Shown: positions 32,160-41,144 of the stretch, in pieces | Numbering within the stretch: position 1 is the first letter of the stretch | How the letters are laid out: every line of letters begins with the position of its first letter | Made by a program: the position numbers and the translations under genes | Notes under the pieces: model-generated | Told to the model about the DNA's origin: nothing | Database searches by the model: none | The model's input: the letters and a program-made list of their open reading frames with translations, nothing else | Assembly: GCA_963822965.1 (NCBI GenBank) | Contig: CAWGJT010000008.1 | Span: 32,001-96,000, forward strand | DNA from: an uncultured delta proteobacterium | GTDB lineage: Bacteria; Myxococcota_A; UBA9160; UBA4427 | Direction: 5' to 3' | Length of the DNA: 64,000 bases

Positions 32160-32282
32160 ATGGATCCCTTCACGACACACGTCGTCTCCAACCGGCCGCC
32201 CCGGTTCGAGGACGAGATTCGCGACATCGACGACCCCGCGAACCGGGACGAGCTGATGGCGAAGACCGGCCCGAAGGCGTAG
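32160..32282 (+). pseudogene. Chimeric aidB(5')::glutaredoxin(internal) mini-ORF, a duplication junction
   Basis: 32147-32214 matches the aidB start region 35862-35929 (about 58/68 nt); 32212-32277 matches grx 29110-29175 (about 62/66 nt); encodes MDPFTTHVVSNRPPRFEDEIRDIDDPANRDELMAKTGPKA*. Confidence 0.85.
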
Positions 32283-32426
32283 ACGCGTCGCCCGTGGAGC
32301 GGCCTTCCTCACCCGTGGCCCGAGACGCTGAACCGCCGTGTGTCGCCGAGCCCGGCCGCCCGGTATCTCCACCGGGGCTGCCGGCCCGAATCGGAGGGTT
32401 GCGCGACGGGACCCGAAGACGGGACC

Positions 32427-34220
32427 ATGAGTCGAAGCCCCGGAGGCTGGACCGGAGGATCGGAACCGGCGGTGCGAGAATCGCTCACGAGCACAGGGCG
32501 CCACCGCAGCGTACGCAGCCGCGTGTCCGTCCTGCTGGCCGTCGGCTTCCTGCTCCCGGCGTGCTCGGGAGGCGGCGCTCCGCGAGGCGTCTCGCTGGAG
32601 GAGACGGGCCTGGTTCCGCCGGGCGCCGTTCGGGCCGAGGATTTGCTCGTCGTCGATTGCCTGCTGCCCGGCCAGGTCCGCAAGCTCGGGCGCAGCCAGG
32701 TCTTCCTCACACCGCGCCGGCCCCTGAAGACCTCGGCCAGCGAGTGCGAGATCCGCGGGGGTGAGTACGTCGCCTACGACCGGGCCGACTACCGGACGGC
32801 CCTGGCGGTCTGGCTCGTGGATGCGAAGCAGGGCGGTGCGAAGGCGCAGACCTACGTGGGCGAGATCTACGAGAAGGGCCTCGGGGTGGAGCCCGACTAC
32901 GCGCAGGCGGCGGAGTGGTACGAGAAGGCCGCGGAGCAGGGCTTCGCCCGGGCCATGATGAACCTCGGCGCCCTCTACGAGAGCGGCCGCGGCGTTCCGC
33001 GTGACCCGGCTCGCGCGCTCTCGTGGTACCGCCGGGCGTCCGGTCTCGAGGGAGAGATCGCCTACACCACTCCCGCTCCCGGTGCCGAGGGTCGGCTCGC
33101 GGAGGCCCTGGCGGCCCCGTCGATCCAGCTGATCGAGCCGCCGATCCCGGAGACGCGCGGAATCGTCCTCCTGCAGGCGAGCCTGTCGCCGCCGGTGCCC
33201 GGCCCGCAGGAGCGGACGATCGTCGGCCGCGTCTACGCGCCCGCTGGCCTCGTCGGACTGGTGGTCAACGACCGGGACGAGGCCGTCGACGACCACGGGC
33301 TCTTCCGGGTCAAGGTCCCCCTTCGGGCCGGGTCGACGGACGTCGTGATCGCAGCCATCGACGCGAACGGCCGCCGAACGGAACGCCGGGTGACGCTGCG
33401 GGCCTCGGGAGACTGGCAGGCGGGAAGCGAGGGCGCGCGCTCGGCGGCCTCCGAGCGCGCCGCGATCGACTTCGGTCGTTATCACGCGCTGGTGATCGGC
33501 AATACCGCGTACCGACACCTTCCCAAGCTGAAGACCGCGGGCCGCGACGCCGAAGCCGTCGCCCGCACGCTCTCCGAGCGATACGGCTTCCAGGTGACCC
33601 TGCTGCACGACGCCACCCGCTACGACGTGCTCTCCGGTCTCAATCGCCTGCGGGCCGAGCTGGGTGACGAGGACAACCTGCTCGTCTACTACGCGGGCCA
33701 CGGCGAGCTCGACCAGGTGAACATGCGGGGACACTGGCTCCCCGTGGACGCCGAGCGTGACAGCACCGCCAACTGGATTTCGAACGTCGCGATCACGGAC
33801 ATCCTCAACGCCATGAATGCGAGGCACGTGATGGTCGTATCGGACTCGTGCTACTCGGGCTCTCTCACGCGCTCGGGGATCACCAGCCTGGATGCCGGTT
33901 TGAGCGACGAGGAGCGACGCGCCTGGCTCGCGGCGATGACGCGCAAGCGATCGCGCACGGCGCTCACCTCCGGCGGGCTGGCCCCCGTCCTCGATGCGGG
34001 CGGAGGAGGGCACTCGGTGTTCGCGGCCGCCTTCCTCGACGTGCTGCAGCGCAACGGAGACGTTCTCGAAGGACAGCGGCTCTTCCAGGAGCTGTCGGCG
34101 CGCGTGACCTTCGCCGCGGAGTCGTACGACTTCGAGCAGCTCCCGCAGTACGCGCCCATCAAGTACGCGGGACACGAAGCCGGGGATTTCTTCCTCGTGG
34201 CCCGGCAGGGAGGCAGCTGA
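32427..34220 (+). CDS. Caspase-family (peptidase C14) lipoprotein with Sel1-like repeats
   Basis: FLLPAC lipobox-like; Sel1 repeats (YEKGLGV..DY..A..WY..AA.QG; NLGALYESGRGV); ALVIGN, YYAGHG (His), DSCYSG (Cys), HSVF; start uncertain. Confidence 0.9.
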   Translation: MSRSPGGWTGGSEPAVRESLTSTGRHRSVRSRVSVLLAVGFLLPACSGGGAPRGVSLEETGLVPPGAVRAEDLLVVDCLLPGQVRKLGRSQVFLTPRRPLKTSASECEIRGGEYVAYDRADYRTALAVWLVDAKQGGAKAQTYVGEIYEKGLGVEPDYAQAAEWYEKAAEQGFARAMMNLGALYESGRGVPRDPARALSWYRRASGLEGEIAYTTPAPGAEGRLAEALAAPSIQLIEPPIPETRGIVLLQASLSPPVPGPQERTIVGRVYAPAGLVGLVVNDRDEAVDDHGLFRVKVPLRAGSTDVVIAAIDANGRRTERRVTLRASGDWQAGSEGARSAASERAAIDFGRYHALVIGNTAYRHLPKLKTAGRDAEAVARTLSERYGFQVTLLHDATRYDVLSGLNRLRAELGDEDNLLVYYAGHGELDQVNMRGHWLPVDAERDSTANWISNVAITDILNAMNARHVMVVSDSCYSGSLTRSGITSLDAGLSDEERRAWLAAMTRKRSRTALTSGGLAPVLDAGGGGHSVFAAAFLDVLQRNGDVLEGQRLFQELSARVTFAAESYDFEQLPQYAPIKYAGHEAGDFFLVARQGGS

Positions 34221-34326
34221 AAGAGCCCGTAGGATCCCTTCGCGGGCAACCCGATCCAACTCGAGCCGGCCTGCTGGACGGGCGGGGGCGAGACGAGTCC
34301 CGGGCGCCGGGACAAGGAGGAGGGCA

Positions 34327-35835
34327 GTGTTCATGGTGCAATCCGCTCGATCTTTCGGCCGCGTCCTGCGGTTCGTGATTCCGACACTCGCTGCGGCGCT
34401 TCTGGCTCCGGCGGAGGACGCTTCCGCCCAGGAGGCCTCGGGGCGTGTCTTCGAGGTGCTGGCGAACGTCGACGAGACTGCCGGCAACACGGGCTCGGTC
34501 GGCTGCGGCGGGGGCAGCGGCATCAACCTCTCCGTGGCGCTCGATACGGCGCTCGATGAGACCGGCCCGAACGACGAGGACCGTCCCATCGCACAGCGGC
34601 GCGGGCTGTTTCGCTTCTGCGACGTCCAGACCCCCAACGGCGCCAATGGCTGGACGTTCAACGACAGCCTCTCGACCGAGAAGGTGTCCGCGCAAGCGAC
34701 GGCGTTCTCCCCCGAGGAGCTCTTCTCGAGCATGGACTCGGCCAACTCCGCCTATGCCCTGCAGACCGCCAACGTCGCCCGCCGCATCGGGCTGCTGCGA
34801 CTCGCGGGTCGCGGCCGCGCCGAGCCCGGCACGGTGGCCTTCGCTCGCAGGGATCCACCCCGAAGCGGAGGAGCCAGCCTGTCCCGGACCGGGATCGCTC
34901 CCTTCGAAGCCTTCGCGCGCGACGCCGTGCACGCGCTCTCGCTGGCCGTCGAGGACGGCATCCAGAGTGGAGACGTCGAGGACGGTGAGCTCGGCTTCTT
35001 CCTCAACGGTCGCGTGATCGCGATCGACGGCAAGCAGAACGCGAAGGAGCGGGGCAGCGCCAGCGTGGGCGGCGGCTTCACGCTCGGGCTCGATCGCCGG
35101 GTCGGAGAGAGCGGCTACCTGGGTGTGGCCGGCGGCTACACGCGCGTCGATACCCGCTACGACCACTCCGGCAGCGAGGGAAGCCTCGATGCGGCGACGC
35201 TCTCGCTGTACGGCGCCCTCTACCCGACGGAGCGGCTCTACGTGGCCGGAACGGTGGCGGGAACGTTCCTTCACTACGACAGCGAGAACGAGATCGTCAT
35301 CTACGACGCGGGGCCTCCCGTCGCCCGCCTCGAGGGAGACACGAACGGCGGCAGCATCGGCGCCGACGCGAGCGTCGGCTACGACCTTCCGATCGAGAGC
35401 CTGACCTTCTCCCCCTACCTGCGGGTCAGCGTCCTCCACACGATCCTCGACGACTTCTCGCAACGGGGCGGCGACGGATCCCTCGACCTGAAGATCGATG
35501 AGCAGAAGACGACGTCGCTCACGACGGACCTCGGCTTCCGCTTGGGGTACACGCTCAGCACGAAGGTGGCGGTCCTGACGCCCTACGTCCGGGCCGGCTA
35601 CGTGCACGAGTTCCTCGACGAGAACGACGACATCGACGGAGCGTTCGATGCCCTGCCCGGTACCGGCTTCCGATTGCAGGCGACCAGCACTGACGCGGAC
35701 TACGCGAACTTCGGGGGTGGCCTCGCGGCGACGTTCGGACAGGGGTTCTCGCAGTTCGTCGACTACGACGTGATCGCCCTGCACCGCAACGTCACGATCC
35801 ACCAGGTGACCCTGGGAATCCGCGTGGAGTTCTGA
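34327..35835 (+). CDS. Autotransporter outer-membrane beta-barrel protein with short passenger
   Basis: Strong AAGGAGG RBS; signal peptide; amphipathic strands (GFTLGLD, YVHEF); terminal ...GIRVEF. Confidence 0.88.
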   Translation: MFMVQSARSFGRVLRFVIPTLAAALLAPAEDASAQEASGRVFEVLANVDETAGNTGSVGCGGGSGINLSVALDTALDETGPNDEDRPIAQRRGLFRFCDVQTPNGANGWTFNDSLSTEKVSAQATAFSPEELFSSMDSANSAYALQTANVARRIGLLRLAGRGRAEPGTVAFARRDPPRSGGASLSRTGIAPFEAFARDAVHALSLAVEDGIQSGDVEDGELGFFLNGRVIAIDGKQNAKERGSASVGGGFTLGLDRRVGESGYLGVAGGYTRVDTRYDHSGSEGSLDAATLSLYGALYPTERLYVAGTVAGTFLHYDSENEIVIYDAGPPVARLEGDTNGGSIGADASVGYDLPIESLTFSPYLRVSVLHTILDDFSQRGGDGSLDLKIDEQKTTSLTTDLGFRLGYTLSTKVAVLTPYVRAGYVHEFLDENDDIDGAFDALPGTGFRLQATSTDADYANFGGGLAATFGQGFSQFVDYDVIALHRNVTIHQVTLGIRVEF

Positions 35836-35874
35836 GGGGACACGGGGCTCTACGAGTTGCGGTAGCCTGTCGGG

Positions 35875-37509
35875 GTGGATCCCCTGACCACGCACGTCGT
35901 CTCCAACCAGCCGCCCCCGTTCGAGGACGTGGACCTCTTCGGGACGGACCTGCCGCTGCAGGAGGGCGTCGCCCGCGAGGGCGGCGGCTGGGCCTCGGAG
36001 CGGCTGCACGCCTTCGGTGTCAAGGTCGGGTCCGCGGCGGTGATGGAGCTCGGCCGCGACGCCAACCGCTACACGCCGGAGCTGCACACCCACGACCGCT
36101 ACGGCCATCGCATCGACGAGGTGCGCTTCCATCCCGCCTGGCACGCCGTGATGACCCTCGCGATGGAGCATGCGGTCCACAACCTGCCGTGGCGCGAACG
36201 GCGAGCCGGGGCGCACGTCGCGCGCAGCGCGCTGCATTCCGTGCTCTCGCAGGTGGAGAGCGGCAGCTGCTGCCCCCTCACGATGACCTTCGCGTGCCAT
36301 CCGGCCCTGGCCCACGCGCCGGAGATCGCGGCGGCCTTCGAGCCGAAGCTCCTCGGTACCCGGTACGATCCCCGCCTCGTCCCGCTCGAAGAGAAGGGCT
36401 CGGTGCTCGTCGGCATGGCGATGACCGAGAAGCAGGGCGGCAGCGACGTGCGCGCCAACACCACCCAGGCGCGTTCGCTCGGCGGCGGCGAGTACGAGCT
36501 GACCGGGCACAAGTGGTTCTGCTCGGCGCCCATGTCCGACGCGTTCCTGACCCTCGCAAACACCGATCGCGGTCTCTCGTGCTTCCTGGTGCGGCGCGTG
36601 CTGTCGGACGGCGAGCGCAACCCCTTCCGCATCCAGCGCTTGAAGGACAAGCTCGGGAACCGCTCGAACGCCTCGAGCGAGATCGAGTACGCGGGCACGC
36701 GGGCGCGCATGCTGGGCGAGGAGGGCCGCGGGGTCCGCACCATCCTCGAGATGGTGCACCACACGCGTCTGGACTGCGTGTCGGGCAGCACGGGATTGAT
36801 GCGGCAGGCCCTCGCGCAGGCGCTCCATCATGCGGCCCATCGCGAGGTGTTCGGGAAGCGGCTCGTCCAGCAGCCCCTGATGCGCGCCGTGCTGGCCGAC
36901 CTCGCCCTCGAGGTGGAGGCGGCGACGGCGCTGATGCTGCGGCTGGCGCGCGCCTTCGACGAGGCGCCGGAGGACCCCGCCGCCCGCGCCTTCGCGCGCA
37001 TCGCCACCGCGGTGGGGAAGTACTGGGTGTGCAAGCGCGCTCCCGCGATGATCTACGAGGCGATGGAGTGTCTCGGCGGTGCGGGCTACGTGGAGGAGTC
37101 GATCCTGCCGCGGCTGTACCGGGAGGCGCCGGTGAACGCGATCTGGGAGGGCTCGGGCAACGTCATGTGCCTGGACGTGCTGCGGGCCATGGTGCGCGAG
37201 CCCGACGCGCTGCCGGCCTTCCTCGAGGAGCTTCGTCAGGCGCGGGGTGCGCACGCGCGACTGGACGCCGCGGTGACCGCGCTCGAGGCCGAGCTGGCCC
37301 GCCCCGAGGACGTGGAGAGCCGAGCCCGGCGGCTGGTGGAGCGGATGGCGCTGGTGCTGCAGGCCGCGCTGCTGGTGCGCCACGCGCCGCCCGCCGTGGC
37401 GGACGCGTTCGTGGCGTCGCGCCTGGAATCTCCGGCGCTGACGTTCGGGGCGCTGCCCGAGGGACTCGATCTGACCGACGTCCTGGAGCGAGCCCGGCCG
37501 CGTACCTGA
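35875..37509 (+). CDS. aidB: AidB-like acyl-CoA dehydrogenase
   Basis: THVVSNQPPP, MAMTEKQGGSDVRANTT, GHKWFCSAP, RLKDKLGNRSNASSEIE, REAPVNAIWEGSGN. Confidence 0.9.
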   Translation: MDPLTTHVVSNQPPPFEDVDLFGTDLPLQEGVAREGGGWASERLHAFGVKVGSAAVMELGRDANRYTPELHTHDRYGHRIDEVRFHPAWHAVMTLAMEHAVHNLPWRERRAGAHVARSALHSVLSQVESGSCCPLTMTFACHPALAHAPEIAAAFEPKLLGTRYDPRLVPLEEKGSVLVGMAMTEKQGGSDVRANTTQARSLGGGEYELTGHKWFCSAPMSDAFLTLANTDRGLSCFLVRRVLSDGERNPFRIQRLKDKLGNRSNASSEIEYAGTRARMLGEEGRGVRTILEMVHHTRLDCVSGSTGLMRQALAQALHHAAHREVFGKRLVQQPLMRAVLADLALEVEAATALMLRLARAFDEAPEDPAARAFARIATAVGKYWVCKRAPAMIYEAMECLGGAGYVEESILPRLYREAPVNAIWEGSGNVMCLDVLRAMVREPDALPAFLEELRQARGAHARLDAAVTALEAELARPEDVESRARRLVERMALVLQAALLVRHAPPAVADAFVASRLESPALTFGALPEGLDLTDVLERARPRT

Positions 37510-37550
37510 TTCCGGTACGGACCCATCCCCGTGTCGCGGTTCCGCCGCAA

Positions 37551-37571
37551 AGGGAGCCCAACGGGCTCCCT
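37551..37571. terminator. Hairpin between convergent aidB and bactofilin genes
   Basis: Perfect stem AGGGAGCCC-AAC-GGGCTCCCT; adjacent AAA gives a short U run on the minus strand. Confidence 0.6.
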
Positions 37572-37574
37572 CGG

Positions 37575-38012
37575 CTAGGCGGGCGGCGTGCTCGCCGCGG
37601 CGTCGTCGCGCAGCTCGGCCAACGGCTGCAGCATCTTGGTGCGTCCGTTGAAGAAGGCGTGCTTCTCGATCTCGAGACAGGCGGTCTCGATGTCGCCGTG
37701 CAGGCGTGCGCCCGCGCGGATCGTCAGCTGGCGCCGGGCCGCCACGTCCCCGACCACGGCGCCGCAGATCACCACCTCGCGCGCGCGGATGTTGCCTTCG
37801 ACGCAGCCCGACGCACCCACGACCAGGGTGCCCTCGGTCTGGATCTCGCCGCGGAACTCGCAGTCGATCTGGAGGTCTTCCCGCAGGCGCAGGGAGCCCT
37901 CGAACACCGCGCCCGGGTCGATGAAGGTCCGGAGCGGTGAGGGCGGGGTGGCACCGGGGGCGTCGATGGACTTGCGCTCCCAGCCTGCTCCGGGGCTCTG
38001 CGGGCCGGCCAT
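37575..38012 (-). CDS. Bactofilin (polymer-forming cytoskeletal protein)
   Basis: TFIDPGAVFEGSL...IDCEFRGEI...VEGNI.A..VVI.G.V.GDV beta-helix; GGAGG RBS. Confidence 0.9.
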   Translation of the reverse strand: MAGPQSPGAGWERKSIDAPGATPPSPLRTFIDPGAVFEGSLRLREDLQIDCEFRGEIQTEGTLVVGASGCVEGNIRAREVVICGAVVGDVAARRQLTIRAGARLHGDIETACLEIEKHAFFNGRTKMLQPLAELRDDAAASTPPA

Positions 38013-38203
38013 GGTCGAACCTCCACACCGGCGGCGGTTTTCGGGATGGATCTGCCGGCTCGTGGACACGCATCGACCGGGAGACCCGCGGACTTGAACC
38101 CCACTTGACGGGCGGGGCCTCGTCGCGTCGGGAGCGGCGCGTGGGGCTCACAGGCGCCGCTCCGGGGCGTGGCGGGGCCGGAACGCCCCACCCAGCGGTC
38201 CGG

Positions 38204-39457
38204 CTACTGGCCCTCGCCCTGCTGCTTCTGCGCCTGCTGCATCGAGGCCACGATGTTGCGGCCCAGGGCGGGGAACTTCGGGATCTCGGCGTCGGGCAGC
38301 GGCTTCATCCAGCTCTTCCGCTCCAGGGCCGCCTGCAGGTAGGGGGCCAGCGCTTCCTGCTTCTGCTTGGTGGCGGCGGGGTCGCGCTCCTTGAACTCGG
38401 GTAGCACCTCGCTTCCGAAGAGCTCGAGCGATTCGCAGATGTGCTCGTGCTTGTTGAGGCCCGCCTGCTGGATGAAGATCACCTGGTCGACCCCGGTCTC
38501 CTCGAAGCCGCGCAGGTGCTCGCGCAGCTGGTCGGGCGTGCCGATGCCGCCGAGGCCGCCGTCGGGCAGCATCGAGCCCAGCGGGTTGTTCTGGTCCGTC
38601 AGGAACTGCTGCCAGATGTCGGTTCGGCCCGGGGTGTGCTCGCCGAAGATGTACAGGTTGGCGAGGGCGAACTTGAAGAAGTCGAAGCCCTGCTTGCCGC
38701 GGCGGATGGCCTCCTCGCGATCCGGGTGGACCGAGAAGCTCGTCACCATGGCGATGTTCGCATTGACGGCGTGACCGATGGGCACGCACTTCTCGCTGCG
38801 GACGATGTCGTAGTACTCGTCCACCCAGTGCTTCGCCTCCTTGGGATCGGTGAACGCGAAGCAGAGCGCTCCCATGCCGAGCTGGGCGGCCATCTTGATC
38901 GTCTCGCGATTCGAGCAGGCCACCCACAGCGGCGGGTGCGGCTTCTGCACGGGCTTGGGGACGAGGTTGCGGCAGGGCATGGAGAAGAACTCGCCTTCGA
39001 AGCCCGGGTAGGGGTCCATCGCGAGCATGTTGCAGATCTGCTCGGTCGCCTCGAGATAGGCGGTGCGCTTGCTGGCCACGTCGACCCCGAAGCCCCCGAG
39101 CTCGAGGATCGCCGACGACTCGCCGGTGCCGAACTCCACCCGGCCGTTCGACACCAGGTCGAGTGTGGCGATGCACTCGGCGGTGCGCGCCGGATGGTTG
39201 TACCCGGGAATGACCTGCCGGATGCCCTGTCCCAGGCGGATGTTCTGGGTCCGCTGCGAGCAGGCGGCCAGGAACACCTCGGGCGCCGAGGAGTGCGAGT
39301 ACTCCTCGAGGAAGTGGTGCTCGACCTCCCAGGCGAACTCGATGCCCAGCCGGTCCGCCAGCTCCACCTGGTCGAGGGCGTCCTGGAAGAGCTTCTGCTC
39401 CTGGCCGTCGTTCCAGGGCCGCGGGAGCTGGTGCTCGTAGAAGATTCCGAACTTCAT
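38204..39457 (-). CDS. LLM class flavin-dependent oxidoreductase
   Basis: MKFGIFYEHQLPRPW, VEHHFLEEYSHSSAPE, PKPVQKPHPPLW; AAGGAG RBS. Confidence 0.92.
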   Translation of the reverse strand: MKFGIFYEHQLPRPWNDGQEQKLFQDALDQVELADRLGIEFAWEVEHHFLEEYSHSSAPEVFLAACSQRTQNIRLGQGIRQVIPGYNHPARTAECIATLDLVSNGRVEFGTGESSAILELGGFGVDVASKRTAYLEATEQICNMLAMDPYPGFEGEFFSMPCRNLVPKPVQKPHPPLWVACSNRETIKMAAQLGMGALCFAFTDPKEAKHWVDEYYDIVRSEKCVPIGHAVNANIAMVTSFSVHPDREEAIRRGKQGFDFFKFALANLYIFGEHTPGRTDIWQQFLTDQNNPLGSMLPDGGLGGIGTPDQLREHLRGFEETGVDQVIFIQQAGLNKHEHICESLELFGSEVLPEFKERDPAATKQKQEALAPYLQAALERKSWMKPLPDAEIPKFPALGRNIVASMQQAQKQQGEGQ

Positions 39458-40125
39458 GGCTGGCTCCTTGCCGGTCGAGGCCTGTCGTCTTCGCTCGGGG
39501 TGAGTCCCGGGAGTCCGCGGAGGGTCAGCCGGACGAGTCCGCCGATCAGCCGTTCGCGGGCCTTGGCTCGCTCCGCACGCGGGAGCGAGAGGTAGTGCTG
39601 GAGGGCGCCGTGGGAGAGGATGCCGATGAGCTCGGCGGCCAGCTCCGCCTGGAGCTCGAAGCCGCGGGCCTCGGCGATGCGCGTGTAGTCGCCGGCCAGG
39701 CTCTGCCGCCACTGCCGCCGGTCCTCCTCGATGAAGCGCCGGATGCGGGGATCGTCCTCGCGCTCGCGGAGCAGGATGCGCATGCCGTCCTCGTGATCGT
39801 CCGCGACGTCGAAGAGCAGCGAGTAGGACTCGAAGGCCACCTCCTCCCCGCTTCGCACGCCGTCCGGGCGGTGCACCTCGCTGAGCCGGGCGCGAAGGGC
39901 CCGAGAGTGCTCGGCCAGGATCGCGGCGAGCAGATCGCTCTTGTCCTTGAACTGGTGGTAGAACGATCCGACGGAGACGCCCGCCGGCTCCAGGATGTCC
40001 TTCTTGAGGTTGACCGCCGCCAGGCCCTTGCGGGCAAAGGCCGCGCGGCCCACCTCGAGGAGCTTGCGCCGTGTACCCTCGGCGCGATCGGCACGGCCGG
40101 AATGAGAAGGAGCCTGGTCGACCAT
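39454..40125 (-). CDS. TetR/AcrR family transcriptional regulator
   Basis: TRRKLL...AGVSVGSFYHQFKDK; stop overlaps the LLM ATG. Confidence 0.9.
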   Translation of the reverse strand: MVDQAPSHSGRADRAEGTRRKLLEVGRAAFARKGLAAVNLKKDILEPAGVSVGSFYHQFKDKSDLLAAILAEHSRALRARLSEVHRPDGVRSGEEVAFESYSLLFDVADDHEDGMRILLREREDDPRIRRFIEEDRRQWRQSLAGDYTRIAEARGFELQAELAAELIGILSHGALQHYLSLPRAERAKARERLIGGLVRLTLRGLPGLTPSEDDRPRPARSQP

Positions 40126-40128
40126 TGG

Positions 40129-40150
40129 TTCTAGAATCACGAATCTAGAA
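40129..40150. promoter_or_regulatory. Putative TetR operator palindrome
   Basis: TTCTAGA-ATCACGAA-TCTAGAA inverted repeat a few nt from the TetR start, in an AT-rich patch. Confidence 0.65.
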
Positions 40151-40169
40151 CTTCGATTCAACCCCTGGC

Positions 40170-41144
40170 TTGCTCGCTGCCGGGGACAGGTCGGCACGGG
40201 GCGGAGCGCCGGGGGAGGCTTCACTGCGGGTCTGGATCGATACCGACGTCGGAAGCGACGTGGACGACGCGCTGGCCCTGGCCTACGCGCTGCGCGATCC
40301 GGCGCTCGAGCTGGTGGGCGTCTCGACGGTCTTCGGCGACGTGGCCCTCCGCGCGCGCATCGCGACCGAGCTGCTCGACCGGGCCGGTGCGCCGGGCGTC
40401 CCGGTGGTGGCGGGGCTCGGGGCGCCGCTCACCCCGGGACGCAAGGGCCGGATGTTCGGCCACGAAGGCCGCGGGCTCTTCGACGATGCCGCCCCGCGCA
40501 TGACCACGCCGGCAGATGCCGACGCCGCGGCCCGTGTGGACGCCCTGGCCCGGGCTCTCGAGGCCGCCCGCCCCGAAGCGCTCGTCGCCATCGGGCCCAT
40601 GACGAACCTGGGTGCGTTGGTCCGAGCGGGACACCGGCTGCCCCCTCTCACCGTCATGGGAGGCAAGCTCCAGGACGTCATGCTTCCGGGAATGATCCCC
40701 CAGATTCCGGAGTGGAACTGGTGGTGCGATCCGCGCGCCGTGGCCCTCGTGCTCGGGGCGCCGGCCGCGTCAGCGCCGCGCATCGTTCCCGCCGAGGTGA
40801 CCTTCCGCACCCGCCTCCTGGCGGAGGATCGCGTCCGGCTCGCGGGCGGCGACGCGCTGGCCCGGACCCTCGGCGTTCTCTGCGACCACTGGGAGATCGC
40901 GCAACGCGAGCGCCTCGGCTCGCGGGAGCCGCGCGTCATGCTCCACGACCCCCTGGCGGTCGCCAGCCTGGTGGCGCCGGGGCTCACGTCGTTCGCGATT
41001 CGGCGGATCCACATCGACGACGAGGGCTTCGCCCACCACGGGCCCGACGGCGCGGAGGTACTGGCGGCGACGGACGTGGACAACGACGCGCTCCGCGAGC
41101 ACCTGCTCGCGAGCTGGCTCGTCGGAGGGGGCGCGCCGGCATGA
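40170..41144 (+). CDS. Inosine/uridine-preferring nucleoside hydrolase family protein
   Basis: DTDVGSDVDD, GPMTN, EWN...DP, HDP motifs; start codon uncertain. Confidence 0.88.
   Translation: MLAAGDRSARGGAPGEASLRVWIDTDVGSDVDDALALAYALRDPALELVGVSTVFGDVALRARIATELLDRAGAPGVPVVAGLGAPLTPGRKGRMFGHEGRGLFDDAAPRMTTPADADAAARVDALARALEAARPEALVAIGPMTNLGALVRAGHRLPPLTVMGGKLQDVMLPGMIPQIPEWNWWCDPRAVALVLGAPAASAPRIVPAEVTFRTRLLAEDRVRLAGGDALARTLGVLCDHWEIAQRERLGSREPRVMLHDPLAVASLVAPGLTSFAIRRIHIDDEGFAHHGPDGAEVLAATDVDNDALREHLLASWLVGGGAPA

Noticed and set aside
34159..38151. 1330-aa minus-strand ORF
   Set aside because: Mostly a shadow of the autotransporter and aidB genes; no recognisable motifs
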